Shown: piece after piece, positions 23,857 to 31,078 of the stretch | Numbering within the stretch: position 1 is the stretch's first letter | Layout: each line of letters begins with the position of its first letter | The notes under the pieces: model-generated | The model's input: only the letters and a program-made list of their open reading frames with translations | Told to the model about the DNA's origin: nothing | Database searches by the model: none | Position numbers and translations under genes: made by a program | Source: Tricharina praecox | Lineage: Eukaryota | Direction: 5' to 3' | Length of the DNA: 31,078 nt | Assembly: GCF_024521635.1 (NCBI RefSeq) | Contig: NW_026250409.1 | Location: forward strand, 1,488,001 to 1,519,078

Positions 23857-25800
23857 ATGTCCTCCTCAAACCTCGACATGCTCCGCCTCGAACTTCCTCA
23901 GACCCTGAGCAATGCGCTCGTTAGCATCCCGCAAGCATCCGAAACCGTCGAAGTACGAAACCCGGCAGCCTGGCTCAGGCTGATGAACCACCAATACCAA
24001 ACGGCACCAAGAGACCTGCGCCAGCTTTACCAAGCATGCGATCAGAAGTTCAACGAAGAGGACTCCCGAATGCAGGAAATCAGAAGGAACTACGAACAAC
24101 TCTGCGATGGGGTCAAGTATGTGTACAACCTCTACGCTCACAATGCCGAAATGAATACAGAATGGCTTCGAACCGAGCTGTCAACGGTAGCGAACGCGAC
24201 GCACGCCCTGAGCAGCGACGTATGGGCAGTCATTCGAGAACGTAACCAGAAAGACGAAGACAACCGCGAGTTGCAAAGCGTCGCAAACGCTCGGCTACAA
24301 GACGCCATCGTGTTCCTCGAAACGGCGCAAGTCGAACAACGCAGGGAGCAAGCGGTGTACAACCGCAACGTGGAAATTTGGGCAGGGAAACAGGAAGAGA
24401 AGGCAGAATACCTCTACAAGGAGCAACAGCGAATCAAGGAAAAAATCGCTCGAGCAGAGAAAAAAATGAAGGCTGTAGAGGTAAGGACAGGGAAGGCGAA
24501 GGAAAAGGCCCCGGAGTGGGTAAACACTACCCCAAGAGGAGGATCGCGGGCAGAAAGGTCAGCAACAAGGGAAACTCCGGCAGGTGCAGGAATGTCCCCT
24601 CCTCCTCCACCCCCAAGACGTCCGGTGACTAACCTTGGAGGTGATCCCTCGGATGAGGAACCATCGGATGATGACGGTTCCATCCCCTTGCCGCGTCGTT
24701 CGCCGCCCCGTCACCGACACGCTCCGCTACCAAGAGAAGACGACGAAGACGAAGAGAGTCGCTTCGCTCGGATCATCGCTGCTGCCGTCTCCGCATCGAA
24801 CCCGAGGGCCATCAAGCTTAAAATGAAAGAGCCCAAGCCGTTCGATGGCAAGCAAAGAACAGCCTTCCGTCCATGGTGGGACTCAGTTGAAGAATATCTT
24901 GAGTTCCACCCAGAGACAAACGAGCAGCAGAAGATAGCGTGGGTGGGATCCCGACTGGAAGGGACAGCGGCAGAATGGCATCAGGCCCGTCGAAAAAGCC
25001 TGAGGCAGCTACACTTGGAAGATACCTGGCAGGCGTACCAAGAGGCACTCAAGGAGGCGTACCGCGACACGCAGGAAGGAGCGAACGCATTAAGAAGGAT
25101 GTGGGCCCTCGAATACAAAGGAGACATTCAGGCTTACATGACCTCCTTCCGATCGCTCAACATGATCGCTCGCACCACCGGCGAACCGCTACAAGACATA
25201 GTCAACCAGGCCATGACTACCGACATCGTTGATATGTGCTTCAACCAGCACACCGAACCCTACGAAGACGATGAAGACTTCCTGGAAACGGTGCTCAGGG
25301 CTGGCAACCATGTGGAACGACGGGACGCGCTGAAAAAGGCAAGGGCAATGAGGAAAGGGGGATCGGGTAGCCAGGGTTCCAGCGGCAACCGGAAGGGACC
25401 TGGCAACGGCCGGCAGGGCCAAGGAAAGGGAAGAGACCCCGGGGGCCGCAAGGAAAGCGGGGAGTCCCCGGAGGGCCGAAAGGCCAAGGAATCAACAGGA
25501 GTCAGGAAGGGAAGGACAAGGGAAGGGGACATCTACGCAGGAGCAAAGGAGGCTCTGGTAGGGGTCCCCCAGAAGGAGATCGATGCCCACAAAGCATCCA
25601 AGTGCGACTGTTGGCGTTGCGGACGAGACGGCCACCGAACCTTCCAATGCTACGCCAGAAAAAACAGTCGCGGGTTCCGAACTCCCCGAAAGTCCAAAGG
25701 TGTCATCCGTGACAAAGAGAAAGCGGGACACCCAGGATGCCGAACCCACTCGACCGAGGTCCAAGCAACACAAGGCTGCGGCGGTTGTGGTGGAGGATGA
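23857..25800 (+). CDS. gag: Gag polyprotein (coiled-coil N-terminus, Pro-rich linker, capsid, CCHC zinc knuckle); native C-terminus probably runs to 25861 in the +1 frame
   Basis: 647-aa ORF with a capsid-like region (KEPKPFDGK..WWDSVEEYL..KIAWVGSRLEGTAAEWH) and the zinc knuckle CWRCGRDGHRTFQC (CX2CX4HX4C) at 25609-25650. Confidence 0.9.
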   Translation: MSSSNLDMLRLELPQTLSNALVSIPQASETVEVRNPAAWLRLMNHQYQTAPRDLRQLYQACDQKFNEEDSRMQEIRRNYEQLCDGVKYVYNLYAHNAEMNTEWLRTELSTVANATHALSSDVWAVIRERNQKDEDNRELQSVANARLQDAIVFLETAQVEQRREQAVYNRNVEIWAGKQEEKAEYLYKEQQRIKEKIARAEKKMKAVEVRTGKAKEKAPEWVNTTPRGGSRAERSATRETPAGAGMSPPPPPPRRPVTNLGGDPSDEEPSDDDGSIPLPRRSPPRHRHAPLPREDDEDEESRFARIIAAAVSASNPRAIKLKMKEPKPFDGKQRTAFRPWWDSVEEYLEFHPETNEQQKIAWVGSRLEGTAAEWHQARRKSLRQLHLEDTWQAYQEALKEAYRDTQEGANALRRMWALEYKGDIQAYMTSFRSLNMIARTTGEPLQDIVNQAMTTDIVDMCFNQHTEPYEDDEDFLETVLRAGNHVERRDALKKARAMRKGGSGSQGSSGNRKGPGNGRQGQGKGRDPGGRKESGESPEGRKAKESTGVRKGRTREGDIYAGAKEALVGVPQKEIDAHKASKCDCWRCGRDGHRTFQCYARKNSRGFRTPRKSKGVIRDKEKAGHPGCRTHSTEVQATQGCGGCGGG

Positions 25801-25851
25801 AGCAATGACGGAGGCGCCTCCATTCTGGGAAGGGAATGAGAGTGAGCCGGA

Positions 25852-25897
25852 GGATTTTTGAGCGGCCCCAGCACTCCGCAGACTGGACGGCCAAGTG
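25852..25897 (+). promoter_or_regulatory. Putative -1 ribosomal frameshift signal: G GAT TTT plus downstream stem/pseudoknot
   Basis: Heptamer 25852-25858 at the end of the ..EPEDF* frame; a -1 shift enters the pol frame. Stem GGCC-CCAG (25864-71) pairs with CTGG-ac-GGCC (25883-92), and loop CACT (25872-75) can pair with AGTG (25894-97). Confidence 0.65.
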
Positions 25898-28800
25898 TAT
25901 ATGTTTGCGGAACGAAGATACCACGGCCTCAGGATATCGACAGTGAATCCAGAGATAAGCGAAGACGAACGGACCAACCTATTTCTACGAGTCCAACCGC
26001 GCCGAGCGCCTCAGGGTGTGAGCCCCCAAAACCTGTCAGCGGACCACGACCAATCATAGAAATGATGCTCCTCTGGTCTGAGCACAAGCGACGACGGATC
26101 CGAGTACTCCTCGACACAGGATGTGCCATTCCGATCATCAAACGAAGCCTTGCACGAGAACTTGGGTTGCCCCTCATTCAACGACCTAAGCCGGTGGAAA
26201 TCAAGGACTTCCACGGAACCATAGTGGAAGGAGCCGGGGAATATTATACAATGCCGATGCTCCTTCAACACCGGAGGCACTACACCAACGAAACCTTCGA
26301 AGTGGCTTCCTTGGACGACTGCGATGCCTACCTCCCGTATTGGTGGATGGCTAAGCATGAACCGACAGGGTTGTGGGAGAATGAAGCACAGAAAATTCGC
26401 TTCACCAGCACCCGATGCAAGGAACAATGCACCTTACAACAAGCAACCAGCTTTCCGATGGAACTTGACACGTCTGTCGTTCACAATTCGGAGGCTCGCA
26501 TTATCGGATACGTCTCAGCTGGCCCGGAATCAGATCCACCCATAAATCTGCTTCCGGAGAAGTTCAGACGATATGCCAACATCATGAGCAAGGAAGCAGC
26601 TGATAAGCTTCCCGACCACAAGTCCTACGACCACGCAATCGATCTCAAGGAAGGAGAGACTCCTCCATGGGGTCCTATCTATGCGCTGTCAGAGAGAGAA
26701 CTTGAAGCCCTCAGAGAGTGGCTCAAGGAGATGCTCCAGACAGGCAAGATTCGAAGATCCAAATCACCAGCCGGGGCGCCGATATTATTTGTACCAAAGG
26801 CGCACGGCAGGGGTCTCCGATTGTGTGTCGACTATCGCGGTATCAACAAGATTACCGTAGCCAATCGCTACCCACTCCCGATCATGGCAGAGTTGCAAGA
26901 CCGAGTCAGGGGTGCGAAAGTCTTCACCAAGATTGATCTGAAGAATGGCTATCACCTTATCCGCATCAAGGAAGGTGACGAGTGGAAGACGGCTTTCCGC
27001 TGTCGATACGGACTGTTTGAGTTTTTGGTCATGCCGTTTGGGCTGACCAACGCTCCAGCGACGTTTCAGGACATGATTAACCACATATTTCGGGATATGT
27101 TGGACCTGGGACTGGTTGCGTACATCGATGACCTCATCATCTATGCGAAGACGCACGAGGAGCATGACAAGATAGTCATCGAGGTACTAAGGAGGTTGGA
27201 AGAAAATAAGTTGGCAATCTCACCAGAGAAGTGTGTCTGGTCGACAGGGAGAGTCGAGTTCCTAGGATACGTGATATCCCAAGATGGAATTGAGATGGCT
27301 AAGGACAAGGTGGAATCTGTGCTCTCGTGGGAGGCGCCGCGGTCCCTGAAGGAAGTACAAGCCTTTCTTGGGTTCGCCAATTTTTACAGGCGCTTCATCA
27401 AGGATTTCTCAAAGATCACGAGACCCTTGACCGAGAGCACCAAAGAAAAAGGGAAGGATTGGAGATGGACAGCGGAGATGGAACTGGCCTTCGAGGAGCT
27501 GAAGTCTAGGTTCACCACGGCACCGATTCTCGGGCACTTCAACCCAGAATTACCTGTCGTGGTGGAATCCGACGCTTCGGACTTCGCGTTGGGCGCGGTC
27601 CTGTCTCAAAGGACAGAGGATGGGAAGTTACACCCAGTTGCGTTCCACTCAAGAAAGTTTACCCCAGCCGAAATCAACTTTGAGATTCACGATAAGGAAC
27701 TACTCGCGATAGTAGACTCTTTCAAACGCTGGCGGCAATACCTCGAGGGAGCAAAACACCAGATCCAGGTGTACAGCGACCATCAGAACCTTGAGTACTT
27801 CACAACCACGAAAGTACTCAATCGACGGCAGGCGAGATGGGCACAAGAACTCGCTGGCATAGACTTCAAAATCTACTACCGGCCCGGCAGCCAGAACGGC
27901 AAGCCTGACGCATTATCCAGGCGCCCGGAGTACCGCCCTGAAAAAGGGGGGGGTGAAGATCAGCCGATTACGACGATCCTGCATAAATCACACTTTGCAG
28001 GCGACGATTCGAGAGTTTCATCAATCAGCACCGGAGGCGAGAGCACCGTGTTTCTGGTTTCGTCAACTCGGCTACATTCAATCCCCGTGCCAAAGTGGAA
28101 TGAAGAATTTCTGGGTTGGGTCAGGAAGGCAGGAAAGGAAGATGCTGGGTATCAGGAGGCTCTGAGCAGCATCAAGGACACGAACGAGGACGCGGCTCAG
28201 AAGGACACTGAGTCGGAGGGCCGAAAGGCCTGGGAACTGGCCGCCGAGAGTAGGGACTCCGGCAGGATGGGCCGAAAGGCCAGAATTTTGAGGATGGAAG
28301 AGGGGTGCCTGTATAGGAAAGAAAGGCTATGGGTACCAGACGATAAGGAACTCGTCAGACACATCCTCGAGTCGGAACACGATACGAAAGTCGCGGGGCA
28401 TATGGGCCAGGACAAGACTATCGAACTTATCCGACGCAATTTCTGGTGGCCAAAGATGGACGAGCAGATTATAGACTTCGTCCGGAGTTGCGCGCAGTGT
28501 CAGAAGGACAAAGCAACAAGGCACCAGCCGTATGGACTACTCAATCCCCTCGAGTTACCATACACCCCATGGCAATCAATAGCCATGGACTTCATTACCG
28601 ACCTACCGGAATCCAACGGATGCGACCAGCTATGGGTGGTCGTCGACCGCTTCACCAAGATGGCGCATTTCATCCCCCTACCTAAGGATGGAAAGATAGC
28701 CGAGGATCTCGCGAAGATTTTTGCCCGCGAGATATGGCGCTTTCACGGATTACCAGCAGACATAGTGTCGGACCGAGACTCACGGTTTACCTCGGGTACA

Positions 28801-29667
28801 TGGAAAGAATTCATCCGGCTGCTAGGCATTAAGCCCCGGATGTCAACAGCGTTCCACCCACAGACGGATGGACAAACCGAACGCCTCAACCAGACGATCG
28901 AAGCATACCTCCGCTCCTTCGTCAACTACGAACAGAACGATTGGGTGAATCTCCTACCGATGGCTGAGTTTGCCTACAACAACTCGGTTACATCGGCAAC
29001 CGGAATGTCGCCCTTCTATGCGAATTTCAGATACCACCCTTCGGCGACAAACCCTGCTGCGGCAAATTCTCTCAACCCCGCCAGCAAGGTCTACGCTCAC
29101 TGGATGCATACAGTCCACGAGGAAAACATCAAGACCCTCGAACGAACGCGCGAACGAATGCGCAAGTATGCAGATCAACATCGTCAGGAGGCACCGGCTT
29201 ATCAAGTAGGAGACTTGGTAATGCTCAATGGGCGGAACATTCAAACCCGCCGACCCTCGCGGAAGTTGGACCACAAGAACCATGGTCCCTTCCCAATCGA
29301 GAAGATCGTATCGCCGGTCGCTGTCAAGCTCACTCTGCCAAGGAAGTGGAAGATTCATGATGTCTTTCACGTCTCGCTCGTTGAACCGTTCCGAGCCGGC
29401 ACCCGAGCACCACCGGATCCCTCTCAAATCTTACGAGAGGCCGATGATGTGGAAGGCAACGAAGAATACGACGTCGATGAGGTTATGGGCAGCTCTAAGA
29501 AAGGTCGACGAGTGCTCTACCTCGTCAAATGGCTCAACTACCCCGAACGACGGGACTGGACGAACGAGCCATTCGACAACTTCTCAGTAGGCGGTCGGGA
29601 AAAGCTACGCGAGTTTCATCGCAAAAATCCCGATGCGCCGAGGGACTACCGGCTCACAGATGAGTAA
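25858..29667 (+). CDS. pol: Pol polyprotein: aspartic protease, reverse transcriptase, RNase H, integrase, chromodomain
   Basis: Open from 25846 with no ATG start at the junction. Motifs: LLDTGC (PR); LCVDYRGIN, MPFGLTNAP and YIDD (RT); ESDASD and HDKELLA (RH); H..GH...CAQC plus SIAMDF, VSDRD and GQTERLN (IN); GPF; EYDVDEV..YLVKWLNYP..WTNEP (chromodomain). Confidence 0.97.
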   Translation: MSGPSTPQTGRPSVYVCGTKIPRPQDIDSESRDKRRRTDQPISTSPTAPSASGCEPPKPVSGPRPIIEMMLLWSEHKRRRIRVLLDTGCAIPIIKRSLARELGLPLIQRPKPVEIKDFHGTIVEGAGEYYTMPMLLQHRRHYTNETFEVASLDDCDAYLPYWWMAKHEPTGLWENEAQKIRFTSTRCKEQCTLQQATSFPMELDTSVVHNSEARIIGYVSAGPESDPPINLLPEKFRRYANIMSKEAADKLPDHKSYDHAIDLKEGETPPWGPIYALSERELEALREWLKEMLQTGKIRRSKSPAGAPILFVPKAHGRGLRLCVDYRGINKITVANRYPLPIMAELQDRVRGAKVFTKIDLKNGYHLIRIKEGDEWKTAFRCRYGLFEFLVMPFGLTNAPATFQDMINHIFRDMLDLGLVAYIDDLIIYAKTHEEHDKIVIEVLRRLEENKLAISPEKCVWSTGRVEFLGYVISQDGIEMAKDKVESVLSWEAPRSLKEVQAFLGFANFYRRFIKDFSKITRPLTESTKEKGKDWRWTAEMELAFEELKSRFTTAPILGHFNPELPVVVESDASDFALGAVLSQRTEDGKLHPVAFHSRKFTPAEINFEIHDKELLAIVDSFKRWRQYLEGAKHQIQVYSDHQNLEYFTTTKVLNRRQARWAQELAGIDFKIYYRPGSQNGKPDALSRRPEYRPEKGGGEDQPITTILHKSHFAGDDSRVSSISTGGESTVFLVSSTRLHSIPVPKWNEEFLGWVRKAGKEDAGYQEALSSIKDTNEDAAQKDTESEGRKAWELAAESRDSGRMGRKARILRMEEGCLYRKERLWVPDDKELVRHILESEHDTKVAGHMGQDKTIELIRRNFWWPKMDEQIIDFVRSCAQCQKDKATRHQPYGLLNPLELPYTPWQSIAMDFITDLPESNGCDQLWVVVDRFTKMAHFIPLPKDGKIAEDLAKIFAREIWRFHGLPADIVSDRDSRFTSGTWKEFIRLLGIKPRMSTAFHPQTDGQTERLNQTIEAYLRSFVNYEQNDWVNLLPMAEFAYNNSVTSATGMSPFYANFRYHPSATNPAAANSLNPASKVYAHWMHTVHEENIKTLERTRERMRKYADQHRQEAPAYQVGDLVMLNGRNIQTRRPSRKLDHKNHGPFPIEKIVSPVAVKLTLPRKWKIHDVFHVSLVEPFRAGTRAPPDPSQILREADDVEGNEEYDVDEVMGSSKKGRRVLYLVKWLNYPERRDWTNEPFDNFSVGGREKLREFHRKNPDAPRDYRLTDE

Positions 29668-29794
29668 GAGTTTTTTCCCATGTGGTTTTCTCGAACTCGG
29701 GCAGGTAGTAGGATGAAGGGGATGGAGGACTTCATCCACAGTTATCAAGTTAGGATAAAGGCGAGGACTTGGGTGCTTCGGGCCGAAGCCTCGT

Positions 29795-29808
29795 GGGAGG
29801 GGAGATGG
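29795..29808 (+). other. Polypurine tract (GGGAGGGGAGATGG)
   Basis: Purine run directly before the TG of the 3' LTR. Confidence 0.9.
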
Positions 29809-30497
29809 TGTGACACCCCGATAGGTATTGGAGGTCACGACGGTCGCAAGAGATGTGATTAGATAGTTCGGGTGATTAGAATAGAGTTGCGAGCCGAAAG
29901 GATAGTTAGAAGCGATCAAGGACAAGATAGGAAGGAGGGAGCAAACGGATTCCAGAGTCTAGACAGTGATCGGAGATGCGGGAGATCGGGATAACAGTCC
30001 AGAGGACTTTGAGATCTCCGATCATAGGGCCCCGCAGTAGGAACTCCGATCCAGGAAAAAACTGTTATGACGAGAGAATCGAACATCGACCGATGGGGGC
30101 AGACAACTTCGAGCGAAGAACTCTGCCGGCGCATGAGGGAGATAATTGCTCGGAAACTCCGATCTATCTTGGGCGCGTGGTGTTTACCACCTGCCTAGTC
30201 GAGAAGACTATCCGAAGAGAGCTGACGACGACTCAAGGCTAGGCCGCGGAACTCCGATGCAAAGGTAGCAACGGAGCTACGTTAGGCCGCACTCTAGAGG
30301 AATCACGTGCTGAGGATCGGGACGACTATAAGTCGAACCGAGCGTGCAACCGAACAAACTACAATCATCGCACCGAACAAACCATCGAACAAACACCCTT
30401 AAGATTATTCCGTTGTGAATTGTCGAAATCCCTGACTTTTATTCTATCCTCGATATCACCATAGACTCCGACGGCACCAACCCGTCCCAGTCTCACA
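29809..30497 (+). repeat. 3' LTR (689 bp)
   Basis: Near-identical direct repeat of 23129-23818, followed by the TSD GTCAG. Confidence 0.97.
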
Positions 30498-30798
30498 GTC
30501 AGGGATTTGGATAATTCACCGCAGAATAATCTTAAGGGTATCGTCGGTAGTGTTCAGTATTCTGGTTGTGCTGGTGTTGGGATTTCTGTGATGATAGTTG
30601 AGTCACTATATAGTCTACCCGTACACCTAAGCACGTGATCGGAAAACTCTGTTGTGGGGAACTCCGTTGCAAACGCCCTTTTTTTAGTCATGCTCTGGAG
30701 TAAGCGCTACGAATGGTCACCCACTGAATCTAGGCGGTAGAGACGCCGTGAGCTGTCTCAGGGATAGTCGTTCTGACTAGGCAAGAAGTGCTTACCAC
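30498..30798 (-). mobile_element. U3/R part of the older related LTR (minus strand), continuing 23064-23128
   Basis: The reverse complement shares collinear blocks with the young LTR: TGCCTAGTC, GACTATCC, GCAACGGAG, ATCACGTGCT, GACTATA, ACCCTTAAGATTATTC, AAATCCCTGAC. 30498-30539 matches 30395-30436 at 37 of 42 positions. Confidence 0.85.
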
Positions 30799-30944
30799 TG
30801 TCACGGCTAGTGACGGAATGACGAAGGAAGGGCCGGCGCAAGGATCGGAAGAGTTGGGAGGCAGTGCAAGAATGAGTCGCAGAGAATTGGGGCTGTGTTC
30901 AGGAACAGGGTAGCGCGACTGCGCAGGGTATGAGTCACAGAAGT
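30799..30944 (+). mobile_element. Possible 5' fragment of a third LTR, truncated by the telomere
   Basis: Starts with TGTCACGG where homology of the older LTR to the young LTR stops, and is purine-rich like a U3. No matching second end is visible. Confidence 0.35.
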
Positions 30945-31078
30945 GGGTTAGGGTTAGGGTTAGGGTTAGGGTTAGGGTTAGGGTTAGGGTTAGGGTTAGG
31001 GTTAGGGTTAGGGTTAGGGTTAGGGTTAGGGTTAGGGTTAGGGTTAGGGTTAGGGTTAGGGTTAGGGTTAGGGTTAGG
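30945..31078 (+). repeat. Telomere (TTAGGG)n, ~22 units to the end of the window
   Basis: Perfect GGGTTA/TTAGGG array, G-rich strand running 5'->3' toward the end. Confidence 0.99.

Larger units (their letters stand above)
23129..30497 (+). mobile_element. Full-length Ty3/Gypsy chromovirus LTR retrotransposon (Tf1/sushi/MAGGY-like), 7369 bp
   Basis: TG...CA LTRs with TGTGA/TCACA terminal inverted repeats; 5-bp TSD GTCAG at 23124-23128 and 30498-30502; gag, pol (PR-RT-RH-IN-chromodomain) and a PPT are all present. Confidence 0.98.

Noticed and set aside
25798..25845. Stop-codon readthrough as the gag-pol mechanism, since both ORFs share a frame
   Set aside because: Three in-frame TGA codons intervene; the GGATTTT -1 signal in the +1 frame explains the junction better.
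23866..29427. Numerous antisense and alternate-frame ORFs over gag-pol (and similarly over the MFS gene)
   Set aside because: Shadow ORFs of real coding sequence with no independent evidence.

Overview
Eukaryotic DNA, most likely a filamentous ascomycete (short GT-AG introns with CTRAC branch points, TTAGGG telomere), covering the last ~31 kb of a chromosome arm. Two spliced host genes are supported: a 5-exon DHA2-type MFS drug:H+ antiporter (+, 7315-9251, ~541 aa) and a 3-exon seven-TM, GPCR-like membrane protein (-, 17551-15983, ~486 aa). They lie in gene-poor DNA rich in micro- and minisatellites. The end of the window holds a young full-length Ty3/Gypsy chromovirus (23129-30497; ~690-bp LTRs; GTCAG TSD). 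Its primer site is complementary to its own LTR (Tf1-type self-priming), it has a GGATTTT -1 frameshift signal with a possible pseudoknot, and an apparent 1-nt insertion in gag disconnects pol. The element inserted head-on into an older related LTR on the opposite strand. That older LTR appears to be interrupted by a third TG-initiated segment that runs directly into the (TTAGGG)n tract, suggesting a healed chromosome break in a nested LTR cluster. All calls come from reading the sequence by eye; no database searches were run.
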